This document shows, piece after piece, positions 17,116-26,709 of a stretch of DNA of 64,000 nt. The notes under the pieces were generated by a model that was not told the DNA's origin, ran no database searches, and saw nothing but the letters and a program-made list of their open reading frames with translations. Every line of letters begins with the position of its first letter. Positions within the stretch are counted from its first letter, which is position 1. The position numbers were made by a program, and so were the translations under genes. The stretch is from Dehalococcoidia bacterium (GTDB taxonomy: Bacteria; Chloroflexota; Dehalococcoidia; Lucifugimonadales; UBA3495): positions 2,040-66,039 of the forward strand of contig DAOUIF010000084.1 in the NCBI GenBank assembly GCA_034423575.1, written 5' to 3'.

Positions 17116-18516
17116 ATGGCTGACATGAAATTCGCCACTCTTTCGGGCGACTACACAGGGATCGGCGGAGCGGTTGTCGAAGGCTTTCGAGGCAGCTTGC
17201 ACGGCGAGTCACTCGCGCGGGGAGAAGACGGCTACGACCGCGCCAGGCAAGTCTGGAACGCCATGGTCGACAAACGACCGGCCCTTGTCGCCCGGTGTAC
17301 CGGAATGGCCGACGTGATCAAGTCGGTCAACTTCGCCAGGGCGAACGGCCTGCTGATTTCGGTACGTGGCGGCGGGCACAACTTCCCCGGCAACAGCGTC
17401 TGCGAAGACGGCCTGATGATCGACCTCTCCCGCATGACTGGCGTCCGGGTTGACCCGGCAGCCAAAAGGGTGCGCGCCCAGGGCGGCGCCAAATGGGGAG
17501 CCTTCGACCACGAAACCCAGGCTTTCGGCCTCGCCGCGCCCGGCGGCACCGATCCCGACACTGGCATCGCCGGCCTGACGCTGGGCGGAGGCATCGGTTG
17601 GCTGTCGGGTAGCTACGGTTTGAGTTGCGACAACCTGATCTCTGCCGACGTGGTGACGGCGGACGGCAACATGCTCACCGTCAGCTCCGACGAGAATCCA
17701 GACCTGTTGTGGGGCCTTCGTGGCGGTGGCGGCAATTTCGGCGTTGTCACCTCACTGGAGTACCGGTTGCATCCGGTCGGCCCAAAGGTTCTGGCGGGTT
17801 ACCTGGTTTACCCCTACGACAAGGCAAGGGAATTGTTCTCCCTGGTCGGCGAGTTTACCGCCGACATGCCCGACGAGATGAACATCATCACCTTCCTGGC
17901 AACCCTTCCTGAGACTGGGGAGAAGGTCTGCAGAATTCTCCTCTGTTACTACGGAGACATCAAAGAGGGAGAGAGGGTCATCCGGCCGCTGCGGGAGTTT
18001 GGCCCGCAGCTGTCGGACGATGTCCGACCCATGACCTACTCCGAGGCCCAGGCGCTGGCGTTGGCCCCGCAAGGCCGGCAAAACTACCTGAAGTCGCATT
18101 TCATGAGTCATGTGAGCGCCGACGCATTGGACATCAATCTCGACTTTTTCGACCGGGTGACCTCCCCGCTGTCCAGCGTCCTGTTCCAATATCTGGGTAA
18201 CGCTACACGGCGAGTGCCAGCCAACGACACGGCGTTTGGACACCGGGGCGCCCTATGCGAATGGGCGACAAACGCGGTCTTCCTCGATCCTGGCGAGTCG
18301 GAAATCCACATCCGGTGGGTCAGGGAATTCGCGTCGGCGTTGTCACCCTTTTCCTCAGGGCCGTACATCAACCAGGTGGGCGCCGAGGCGGAGGAGGGCG
18401 CCGCAGAGATTCAGGCGGCTTTCGGCGACAACTTCGAGAGATTGGCCGCCCTCAAGCAACGGTACGATCCGACGAACATGTTCAGCCACAACCACAATAT
18501 CCGGCCCCGCGTCTAG
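17116..18516 (+). CDS. FAD-binding oxidoreductase (VAO/berberine-bridge family)
   Basis: RGGGHN FAD site, GGGIGW, GGGGNFGVVT and C-terminal LKQRYDPTNMF. Confidence 0.9.
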   Translation: MADMKFATLSGDYTGIGGAVVEGFRGSLHGESLARGEDGYDRARQVWNAMVDKRPALVARCTGMADVIKSVNFARANGLLISVRGGGHNFPGNSVCEDGLMIDLSRMTGVRVDPAAKRVRAQGGAKWGAFDHETQAFGLAAPGGTDPDTGIAGLTLGGGIGWLSGSYGLSCDNLISADVVTADGNMLTVSSDENPDLLWGLRGGGGNFGVVTSLEYRLHPVGPKVLAGYLVYPYDKARELFSLVGEFTADMPDEMNIITFLATLPETGEKVCRILLCYYGDIKEGERVIRPLREFGPQLSDDVRPMTYSEAQALALAPQGRQNYLKSHFMSHVSADALDINLDFFDRVTSPLSSVLFQYLGNATRRVPANDTAFGHRGALCEWATNAVFLDPGESEIHIRWVREFASALSPFSSGPYINQVGAEAEEGAAEIQAAFGDNFERLAALKQRYDPTNMFSHNHNIRPRV

Positions 18517-18554
18517 AGCCCCACACGCACCCAGTTTGCGGCGGGGAAACGTCT

Positions 18555-18656
18555 GAATCAGGATTTACGGGATTTTATGATTTGACAGGATTGAGGGAGC
18601 TTTATCAAAGAACGGTTTCAATCCTGATAATCCCAAAATCTTGAAAATCCTGATTC
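18555..18656. repeat. AT-rich palindromic intergenic repeat (caggatt/aatcctg type)
   Basis: 12-bp terminal inverted repeat gaatcaggattt / aaatcctgattc with internal 8-9-bp ggatt/aatcc subrepeats, between convergent genes. Confidence 0.7.
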
Positions 18657-18698
18657 TGACGATTTACGAGAGTATCCGTGTTGTGTGTCAAGGGCCGT

Positions 18699-20066
18699 TC
18701 AGGTGCGAAGCAAGTCGACCAGGCCAGCGACCGGTTCTCCCTCTTCCAGCAAGTCCAGCCGGGACAACACTTCCGCGGTAGTCTCTTCGGACAACAACTG
18801 TGCCGCGCAGTCCCGGAATTTGTCCCGGATATCTTCCATAGTCACGCCGCGCAGGGCGCCGCTGTCGGCGCGGCGAGCCTCACGTCTGAGCACACTGCCA
18901 TCCTGGAGCTGGACTTCGACTTGGTGGTAGCCTTCGGTCCAGCTGGGCAGCCCTTCATTGCCCGGGATACGGCGCATGTCGATGCGCGGAATCAGCGCCT
19001 GCGCTTCCGGACGCATCACCTGATCGTCGGTGAATGACTGCAGCCCGACCCGACGATCCAGCAAGGCAGCCGCCAGGCAATATTGCATGCTGAACTTCCC
19101 TTCCAGCGATGACAACGGGCGCGAATGGATCAAAGAACGTGGCGGGTCGAAGTCCACCATCACATCGATACGGTCTACCGCCTCCGGATCAATGGGACCC
19201 TGGGACAGCAGGTCGAAAGTGGCATCCAGTGCCAGGTGAGCGCTGCCGCAGCAGGGGTATTTCTTGATCTCGATGCCCGACTCGACCAAGTAGCGTTTGT
19301 TGCCCAGGTTTCGCGCCACCTGCCCGCCGTCGAAACCCTGGCCGCCCGAAAACGCCCGAAGGAACCCAAACCGTCCTTCCAACGCGTCCGTGCTGGCGGT
19401 GAAACCTTCCCGCACCAGTTTGGCGGATGCAACCCCACTTCGGGAGGCGTCACCGGCGTGGAATGGCTTGGTCATGGTGCCGAAGTTCTGTCGCAAACCC
19501 GATGCTTGGGATGCCGCCAGGGAAACGGCCATCGCCGTACGTTCCGTATCCAGGGCCATAATCTTGCTGGCCGCAGCCGCCGCACCCACCGCTCCCAGGG
19601 GGCCGGTTGGATGCCACCCCAGATCATCGTAATATGCTTCGCTCAAGGCCTCGCCTACGGCGCACGCAACCTCAAACCCAGTCATATAGCCCAGCAGCAG
19701 GTCCTTGCCGGAAGCGCCGAGTTCCTCGGCCACCGCGAGGGATGCGGGCAGCAAAACCGCAGTGGGATGGGTCTTGGTAATCTGGGTGATGTCGTCGTAG
19801 TCCAGGGCATGTGCCATGGCGCCGTTGATCAGCGCAGCGTTGGCGGCGGAAGTCCTGAACCCGCGTCCCACGACGGTCGCGGATGGAGAGGCGCTTTCGG
19901 CCGCAACGTACTGGCAAAGAATATCCGACAGGGATTCATGCGACCCGGCCAGCATGCACGCCAGACAGTCCATGATCGCTCCCTTGGCGGCGTCAATCGC
20001 GTCGGGCGGGAAATCCTCGATGTCGGTGGCGGTGATGTACTCGGCGATACGCCCGGTAACGTCCAT
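18699..20066 (-). CDS. MmgE/PrpD family protein
   Basis: HALDYDD, HP, GWHPTG, TKPFHAG, KKYPCC and GKFSMQY motifs. Confidence 0.9.
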   Translation of the reverse strand: MDVTGRIAEYITATDIEDFPPDAIDAAKGAIMDCLACMLAGSHESLSDILCQYVAAESASPSATVVGRGFRTSAANAALINGAMAHALDYDDITQITKTHPTAVLLPASLAVAEELGASGKDLLLGYMTGFEVACAVGEALSEAYYDDLGWHPTGPLGAVGAAAAASKIMALDTERTAMAVSLAASQASGLRQNFGTMTKPFHAGDASRSGVASAKLVREGFTASTDALEGRFGFLRAFSGGQGFDGGQVARNLGNKRYLVESGIEIKKYPCCGSAHLALDATFDLLSQGPIDPEAVDRIDVMVDFDPPRSLIHSRPLSSLEGKFSMQYCLAAALLDRRVGLQSFTDDQVMRPEAQALIPRIDMRRIPGNEGLPSWTEGYHQVEVQLQDGSVLRREARRADSGALRGVTMEDIRDKFRDCAAQLLSEETTAEVLSRLDLLEEGEPVAGLVDLLRT

Positions 20067-20274
20067 TGATAACCTCCTGGCGGTTGCAGACCGCCGCGTC
20101 GCTTCCCCGCGTCGCGAGATAGTGCGAATGTAAGCCTTTTTGAAACGATGTCAAGTGGCCGCAGGGCCAATGGGTTGGCGCTTGTTCCCGACGCCCAAGG
20201 CATCTTCGCGATAGTCACCATCGGCTTGCCCGTGGAGGCTGCGCCCGCTGAGAAATTTCGGAGGCAGGCATCAT

Positions 20275-20304
20275 ACAAATAAAGCCCGCCCTCGCCGGGC
20301 GGGC
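20275..20304 (-). terminator. Intrinsic terminator of bfr
   Basis: gcccgccc-tcgcc-gggcgggc stem followed on the minus strand by tttatttgt. Confidence 0.7.
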
Positions 20305-20328
20305 CTCAGTGTACAATCGCAGCGGGCG

Positions 20329-20802
20329 TCACTCTTCGTGGATCTGCTGGTTGAGCCAGAGGTCGATGCCAATGATACCGATGGTTTCCATCTGGGTTTC
20401 CAGCCAGTCCACGTGCTCCTCCTCGGAGCGGATCATTTCTTGCAGGATGCCACGCGTGGTGTAGTCCTGCACCTGCTCGCAGTGGCTGATCGCGTCAACC
20501 AGTGCGCTCACGGCGTTCAACTCGGACTGCAGGTCCAGCTCCAGATCCTCCATCACCGACTCGCCGACCATCACCTGGTTGAGGCGCTGCAGATTGGGCA
20601 CACCCTCCAGGTAAAGGATGTGCTGAATGAGGTGCTGGGCATCTTCCATCTCTTCCAGACTCACGTCGCGGAACCGCTTGTAGAGGCGGTTGAATCCCCA
20701 GTTCTTGCACATCTCCGCCTGGATGAAGTACTGGTTGATGGCGGTGAGCTCTATGGTCAGCAGGTTGTTGAGGTGGTCGATAACTCCGTCTTTCGCTTTC
20801 AA
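20329..20802 (-). CDS. bfr: Bacterioferritin
   Basis: 157 aa with ELTAINQYF, E18/E51/M52/E94/E127/H130 and EEEHVDWLETQ. Position 54 is Asp rather than His. Confidence 0.93.
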   Translation of the reverse strand: MKAKDGVIDHLNNLLTIELTAINQYFIQAEMCKNWGFNRLYKRFRDVSLEEMEDAQHLIQHILYLEGVPNLQRLNQVMVGESVMEDLELDLQSELNAVSALVDAISHCEQVQDYTTRGILQEMIRSEEEHVDWLETQMETIGIIGIDLWLNQQIHEE

Positions 20803-21075
20803 TGGATATCCTTCCTCGGTTCAGACTCAATGGATACCCATGCTACCACCGTTTCGCACTCAATGAGCGGCGAGCTCCGAGGTGCATCAGGGGGAGCCGG
20901 ATTATGAATACCGACCCGAGTCGCAGCCGCTTGCGGTGGTGTCTGGAGCCGGCGAAACAAACCGTTCGATGGCAAAACCGGCTGTATCGAGCGTGAACGG
21001 CTTGGTCCGGCAGAGTGACAGGGACAACGTGGTGCGACCTTGATCGGAGGGAAACCGCACGGCCGATCTGATGAT

Positions 21076-21300
21076 CTAAGCCGCAGCCATTCCCGCACGC
21101 AATCCTCCCGCTCGCTCGGTTTTCATCAATTCCACCTGCACCAGCACGGCGACCTGCTCTATATCTTCGGCGCACCGACCGCAGCACTCGTCGTCGTCGA
21201 ACCCGAAAAACGCGCTTATCGATTCCGGCGAATCGATACCGGATCGGGCCGCGTCCACTGCTTCCGACATCGGCACTGCTTTACAAATGCACAAAAACAT
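21076..21300 (-). CDS. bfd: Bacterioferritin-associated [2Fe-2S] ferredoxin
   Basis: MFLCICKAV...CCGRC (CxC...CxxC), immediately upstream of bfr. Confidence 0.85.
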   Translation of the reverse strand: MFLCICKAVPMSEAVDAARSGIDSPESISAFFGFDDDECCGRCAEDIEQVAVLVQVELMKTERAGGLRAGMAAA

Positions 21301-21345
21301 GGGTCTCACCGATATAGGCCAGTCGTTTGCCTGCACGTGTCGGTC

Positions 21346-21381
21346 AATCTACTCTGATAACCTATGTTAGTCAATACGTAA
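21346..21381 (-). promoter_or_regulatory. sigma70 promoter of bfd-bfr with overlapping candidate metal-repressor operator
   Basis: Minus strand TTGACT (21369-21374)-N17-TAGATT (21346-21351); plus-strand TTAGTCAATACGTAA at 21367-21381. Confidence 0.55.
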
Positions 21382-22094
21382 TCAGCGATTAGCCGAGCAG
21401 GAAAGCAATGCGCTCCATGCACATCGGCACAATTCAGGCAAGGGGCGCCGGTTTCCAGCGTTCCGGCCGGGGTGAGCGGGCCACCGCCTCCAATAAAACC
21501 CCACTCCCGGACCCATCCGGCGCCCGACTTTGGTGACTTGCCAACTCGGCTGAAGCGGACGATTTCGGTCAAATCGTCGCTCTCGTACCCGATTGGGGAT
21601 TGAGGCAGCGATACAGAAACCGCGCACACCGTTCGCGTTGGATGAATGCTGGCTTGACTTGCACATGCGTCTGCATTAAATTGATCGCGCTGTTTCAACG
21701 TTGGAACGCTTATCGCTGTGTTGTGATGCGCCTTGTTTGGCGTCGATTCATTGCGCACAGCCAAGCCGTCGTACCGGCCAGAGGGAAGGGCCGGCCCCGA
21801 CGCCAATCGCGGATCAGTCAGCTCCGCCGCCAAGGACTTACGAGCGGATATACAGGGACCTCCGACGGTGTCGGGGCTCCGTGAAAGGGAGCAATGTTGG
21901 CTGATCAATTCGCGATCTGACCGATCGCCGGCAGCGAGCAACGAATCGGGGCGGGCCCGCGTGCGCGAACACTGCCATCCGCATCTGTGGCAGCGCGATC
22001 CCCCCGAACGTGTCAGATCCTGGGTACAGGCTGCTCGAGTACTGCCGTAGCAGAGGAAAACCGGCCGCTCGTCGATGCTTCGGAGATTATTGCG

Positions 22095-22829
22095 ATGTCG
22101 AACGCAGCGAACAACAGCATTTCAACGCATGCCGCATCAACCGACCGGTCGGCGCGCTGGGGCGGCTTATTCCTCGTGCTGACCGCGTTGGTTACCGCCG
22201 TCATGGTGTACGCCCGCGTCGCCTCAGAAGCCGACCAACAAACGCTGGCGGCATCCCTGGTGGCTGTGGCCGAGAACCGGGGCATATACACCCTGTTTGG
22301 CGCGAGCCGATTGGTCTCAGGGCTGACGCTTCTCCTGGCCGGTTGGTTTCTGCTGCGAACCTGGATAATCCGCGACCGATGGGCCACACCCTGGGTGCCG
22401 TATCTGTTCGCCATTTCGGGGGTGTGTACCATCGTATCCGGGGCCGGCGCGCTGCTCATCGCTTTCCAAGCCTGCGCCGCCGGAGCCGACATCTCGGGGA
22501 TGGGAGCCGTGGACAGCCTGCGCTGGATCTCGGGAAAGGTAGGGTTCACCGCCGCCGGCCTGGCGCTGATCGTCGCGGCATGGTTCCAGTGGCGGGTGGG
22601 AGGCGTGCTGCGCAAGGTGTCGCCTGCGTCCGCAATCCTCGGGGTCGCGATGCAATTTATCTGGCTGGAGGCGGCGACCATAGTCCATCCCATTGTGGGT
22701 GGCGTGTTCTTCCTGTGGCTCCTGTTGATTAGCGCGATGCTGGCAACCGGCCAGGTGGAAAAGCACTTCGTGAACCGGTACGGCGACGAAACACACGATG
22801 CGGCCGCCGAACCCGCTGGGGGATCGTAG
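22095..22829 (+). CDS. Hypothetical multi-pass membrane protein
   Basis: About six hydrophobic helices; ggag RBS before ATG 22095. Confidence 0.7.
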   Translation: MSNAANNSISTHAASTDRSARWGGLFLVLTALVTAVMVYARVASEADQQTLAASLVAVAENRGIYTLFGASRLVSGLTLLLAGWFLLRTWIIRDRWATPWVPYLFAISGVCTIVSGAGALLIAFQACAAGADISGMGAVDSLRWISGKVGFTAAGLALIVAAWFQWRVGGVLRKVSPASAILGVAMQFIWLEAATIVHPIVGGVFFLWLLLISAMLATGQVEKHFVNRYGDETHDAAAEPAGGS

Positions 22830-22835
22830 CGCGGG

Positions 22836-23105
22836 ATGCCGGCCACCAAACGACAAACGTGTCCCTGTTGCGCGGAGACCAACAATATTGTGAGCCGCCA
22901 CCGCAGGCGGGGCGAGACGGTGGTCCGAGAGCGATTCTGCAGAGGGTGCCGTCAAAGGTTCTACACCGTGGCGCGCGACGATGAAACTGAGCTTCATTGC
23001 GGCAATCCCTTCGCGTCCAGAGCGCGGACGCGGCCCCCGGCTGCGACTTACCCTGGGGAAGCAACGACGCCCGGCGAACGGTTCGAGGCCACGTCCGACG
23101 GGTGA
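22836..23105 (+). CDS. Small zinc-ribbon protein (resembles the NrdR N-terminal ribbon)
   Basis: CPCC...VVRERFCRGCRQRFYT, 6 bp after the previous stop. Confidence 0.45.
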   Translation: MPATKRQTCPCCAETNNIVSRHRRRGETVVRERFCRGCRQRFYTVARDDETELHCGNPFASRARTRPPAATYPGEATTPGERFEATSDG

Positions 23106-23170
23106 TAGCCGTCTGGCAGACCACCAATATGTTCTAGACAGCCAGGGATGACACCGGCACCGGAGAATGG

Positions 23171-24076
23171 ATGATGAGATGCGTCGTGACTGGAGGGTGC
23201 GGATTTATCGGCACGCACCTGGTTGACCGGTTGGTGCGCGATGGTCATCAGGTCATAGTGCTGGACGATCTGTCCACCGGCAATCTGGAGCGGCTCAACC
23301 CGTCGGCAAAACCTCTATATTGTTCCGTGACGGATGCGGACACGCTGGCATCCGCAACGGAGGGCGCCGAGGTGGTGTTTCACACGGCAGCCTGGGCTCG
23401 CATAGCTCGTTCGGTTGACGATCCGGTGGGCACACACGAGGTCAACGTTACGGGGACCCTGAACGTGCTGCGGGCGGCGCAGGTCAACGGCGTGCGCCGG
23501 GTGATCAACTCGTCCTCGTCCAGCGTGTACGGCGACCAGCCGACTCACCTGATGTGCGAGGACATGACGCCAAACCCCAAGTCGCCTTACGCTTTGCAAA
23601 AGCTGATGGGCGAGCAATACGCGAACATGTTCGCGGGGCTGTTCGGCATGAGTATCGTGTCTCTGCGCTATTTCAACGTTTATGGGCCCGGGCAGCCGTC
23701 AGAGGGGCAGTATTCGCTGGTGATTCCGCGGTTCCTTCGCATGCGGCGCGAGGGCAGTCCTCTGACCGTTTACGGCGACGGCGAGCAAACCCGCTCCTAC
23801 ACCCATGTGTCGGACATAGTGGAAGCCAACGTACTTGCCGCCAGCTCAGACCTGCCGCCGGCATGTCATGTCGCTTTGAATATAGGCACCGCACAGGAGA
23901 CTTCGGTCAATGACATCGCCGCTGCTATCGGCGGTCCGGTTCAGCACATTGTGCCCAACCCCAGGCGAGAGTTTGAAGAGGCCCGGAAAGCAGCCGACTG
24001 CTCACTGGCCCGGTCGGTCATCGGATGGGAGCCGCGGGTCGCGTTCGCCGACGGCATCAAGGACCTTCTGCAATAG
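23171..24076 (+). CDS. NAD-dependent epimerase/dehydratase (extended SDR, UDP-sugar epimerase-like)
   Basis: VTGGCGFIG, SSSSVYG, YALQK (YxxxK), LRYFNVYGP and GDGEQTRSYTHV. Confidence 0.92.
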   Translation: MMRCVVTGGCGFIGTHLVDRLVRDGHQVIVLDDLSTGNLERLNPSAKPLYCSVTDADTLASATEGAEVVFHTAAWARIARSVDDPVGTHEVNVTGTLNVLRAAQVNGVRRVINSSSSSVYGDQPTHLMCEDMTPNPKSPYALQKLMGEQYANMFAGLFGMSIVSLRYFNVYGPGQPSEGQYSLVIPRFLRMRREGSPLTVYGDGEQTRSYTHVSDIVEANVLAASSDLPPACHVALNIGTAQETSVNDIAAAIGGPVQHIVPNPRREFEEARKAADCSLARSVIGWEPRVAFADGIKDLLQ

Positions 24077-25486
24077 CCGTTGCCCACCGCTGTTGATCTC
24101 GGACCACACAGTCATCGCTGTGGCGACGACGAATGCCGCCCACCACGCGTAGGTAAGCTGCCAGGTTTCGGCGCTCCACAAGGTGTAGAGCGGGAACAGC
24201 CCAGCGGTGGCCTGAAACGGCACGAATGTCATATCGAAGGGATCCACCGCGATGGTGATTTCTCTGATTCGTCCAGCGTGAGCCAGGCCGGCGGTGAACG
24301 CCAGAGTGCATGCGCCCATCAGTGCAACTACCATCTTCATGGCCGATGAGCAGCGACCGATCAGCAAGGTCAGCGGAATGACGAACAGTGGCAGCACGGT
24401 CAGCATCGTGCGACCGGGGAACCACCAGCCCATCATGGTAATCGCGACGAAGGTCGCGATCAGCAGTTGTATGGCGATCAGGATAAGCACCAGGCGAAGC
24501 TCCCACGTGCGAATAATCAACAACGCCAATGCGGGAGCCGCCGCAAGCAACAACGGCGCCCACCGGCCGATCCCGAAGCGGCGGTCCAGGAACAAACCCC
24601 AGATGCGATAGTAGCGCTCCTCGAATGCTAGGTGGCCGCCGAGGATCTGGGCCGTGCCCAAATCCGCATAGACCGAATTGACCCCATAGGGAGTCAGGCC
24701 ACCGAAGACATGCAGGTGGAACCAGATAAACACAGTCGCCGATGGGACGCCCGCCGCTAGAAGGGAGGTCCGTCCTGCCCAATCGGCCCGCAACAGGAAA
24801 TAGGCGGCCACCGGGACCGCCAGCACCGTGTACTTGGAACCCAGCCAGCACAGCGCGGTCAGCGCAACCGCGAGAAACAAGGCGTCGGAGATACCCGCCC
24901 GGTTGCGCCGGGTGGCAATCAGCAGGGCCACGACCAATGCCAGGGCCCCCGGAAACTCGGGGTAAATCTCCGTAGAGTAGACGAACGCCGTCGCCGTCAG
25001 GCCTACTCCCAGGGTCGCCGCCCAGCAGATCACCCGGTGTCCCGTGAGCCGGTCGGCCAGCACGAAAGCCAGCGACATGGTGACCGCAGCCATGAGCATC
25101 AGCTGGACTTGGGTTCCGAGCAGTCCGCCCAGGCCGAACCCAGGGATCACCAAAACTGACAGCCCCGGGTTGTGCGGGCTGAGCAACCGACCATCGGCCG
25201 TGGGAACCGACTGGTACCACAGGCCGTCGGCATGGTCGAAGAACCGCTCGTAGGACTTGGCGTCATATTGGTTTTGCAGGTCCAAATCGCCATCGACCAG
25301 GAGGCTCTGGGTGGTCAGCAGGTAGAATGGCTCGTCCCCGGTGATGGTCGCGCCCCGACTGGCACGAAGGTCAATCGAGAACGCGTACGCAACGGATAGC
25401 AACAGGAAGAGAGCCGCCGCCCACAGCAGCAGCTCCCTTCCGAGAATGATTCGGCGTATGTTGCGTGGAATAGTGCTGGTGATCAC
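24002..25486 (-). CDS. GT-C-fold multi-pass membrane glycosyltransferase-like protein
   Basis: TGDEPFYLLTTQSL acidic first loop, YSTEIYPE, more than 10 hydrophobic helices; GTGA overlap with the upstream gene. Confidence 0.65.
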   Translation of the reverse strand: MITSTIPRNIRRIILGRELLLWAAALFLLLSVAYAFSIDLRASRGATITGDEPFYLLTTQSLLVDGDLDLQNQYDAKSYERFFDHADGLWYQSVPTADGRLLSPHNPGLSVLVIPGFGLGGLLGTQVQLMLMAAVTMSLAFVLADRLTGHRVICWAATLGVGLTATAFVYSTEIYPEFPGALALVVALLIATRRNRAGISDALFLAVALTALCWLGSKYTVLAVPVAAYFLLRADWAGRTSLLAAGVPSATVFIWFHLHVFGGLTPYGVNSVYADLGTAQILGGHLAFEERYYRIWGLFLDRRFGIGRWAPLLLAAAPALALLIIRTWELRLVLILIAIQLLIATFVAITMMGWWFPGRTMLTVLPLFVIPLTLLIGRCSSAMKMVVALMGACTLAFTAGLAHAGRIREITIAVDPFDMTFVPFQATAGLFPLYTLWSAETWQLTYAWWAAFVVATAMTVWSEINSGGQRLLQKVLDAVGERDPRLPSDDRPGQ

Positions 25487-26709
25487 GGCAAAACGCCGGT
25501 CTCCCTGAGAAGCCTGAGAGTGCCCTCGAGGTCGTTGAGGTTCCCCAGGTCCACGTCGGGTGGGTCAAGCGACGCCATCGGCGGCAGATCGCCCTCTGGT
25601 TGGACCCCGGCAGACACTGGGTACTCCTTGATTTCCTGCGCAAAGTAGGTTTGCGCCGGCTCTGTCAGCAGGAACTCCACGAATATCTCGGCTATGTCCT
25701 GGTTTTCAGAGGGTTCCAGGATGCCAACGCCGGCCACCAGCACCAGCGCGCCGGGGTCGCCGTTGCCGATGTAGTGGTTGCGGGCGCCGAACCCCTGCCC
25801 GTGCTCCTCCAGGAACCGCTCGAGATAATAGTGGTTGACGAACCCAACATCCACTTCGCCGGCCGCCGCGGCGGTCACAATGGTCGTGTTGTTGGGATAG
25901 TCAACCGCATCGTTGTCCCTAATTCCCTCCAGCCATTTACGCGCCGCGTCCTCGCCGATGGTGAGGCGCAGGGCCGTAACGAAAGCCTGGAAGGAACCGT
26001 TGCGCGGCGCCCAGCCGACACGTCCCCGCCATTCCGGAGCGGTGAAATCCAGGATGGAAGGCGGCAGGTCAGCCTCCGGGTCAATGGCGTCGGTATTGTA
26101 GATAATGGTGCGCGCCCGGCCCGATGTGCCGATCCAAAGGCCGGCCGGCGAGCGGAACCGCGGGTCCACCTTGTCCAACGTTTTTTGGGGGATTTGGGCA
26201 AGCATGCCCGAATCGGCCAGGATGCCCAGCGAGCCGGGGTCCTGCATGAACACCACGTCGGCCGGAGTATTGCCGCCCTCTTCCAGCAGCGTCGCCGCGG
26301 TGGACGCGCTGCCGGCGTACTTGACCCTGATGTCAATCCCGGTTTGCTCGCCAAAGGCCAGCAGCAGGGGATGGACGAGGGTCTGCGACCGGCCCGAGTA
26401 AACTGTGAGAGTACGGTCGGTGTAGTCGGGCGGCAACGGCCGGGCCGGAACGGCGGTCGGCGCCGGGGCCGGGGCCACGGGCGCCGCCGTCGGCGCGGAG
26501 ACTACCGCGGCCGGCTGGGTGGCCGGTGCGGGAGCCGCAGAGGGCGGTGACTTGGCGCCCCCGGCCGACGGCGAGGCAGTGCTGCCCCCGCCGCAGGCCA
26601 TCAGCGCTATCGCCACCAATAACGTTGCCAGTATCAGCAGAAACTGCGGACCCGCCTGGCGACGAAGATGAGCCATTCTGGTCTTCTCCCTGTGTTTGGG
26701 ATTGATCAT
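25483..26709 (-). CDS. Fe(III) ABC-transporter substrate-binding lipoprotein (FutA/AfuA-like)
   Basis: Lipobox ALMAC, Pro/Ala linker, YSGR, EGGNTPADV, NGSFQAF and VNHYY (paired Tyr ligands). Confidence 0.88.
   Translation of the reverse strand: MINPKHREKTRMAHLRRQAGPQFLLILATLLVAIALMACGGGSTASPSAGGAKSPPSAAPAPATQPAAVVSAPTAAPVAPAPAPTAVPARPLPPDYTDRTLTVYSGRSQTLVHPLLLAFGEQTGIDIRVKYAGSASTAATLLEEGGNTPADVVFMQDPGSLGILADSGMLAQIPQKTLDKVDPRFRSPAGLWIGTSGRARTIIYNTDAIDPEADLPPSILDFTAPEWRGRVGWAPRNGSFQAFVTALRLTIGEDAARKWLEGIRDNDAVDYPNNTTIVTAAAAGEVDVGFVNHYYLERFLEEHGQGFGARNHYIGNGDPGALVLVAGVGILEPSENQDIAEIFVEFLLTEPAQTYFAQEIKEYPVSAGVQPEGDLPPMASLDPPDVDLGNLNDLEGTLRLLRETGVLP

Noticed and set aside
21306-21986. ORFs in the 0.7-kb gap upstream of bfd
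   Set aside because: Mutually overlapping and motif-free, and they cross the bfd promoter; no RNA family recognised either.
22836-23105. nrdR gene call
   Set aside because: No ATP-cone domain and only 89 aa; kept as a generic zinc ribbon.
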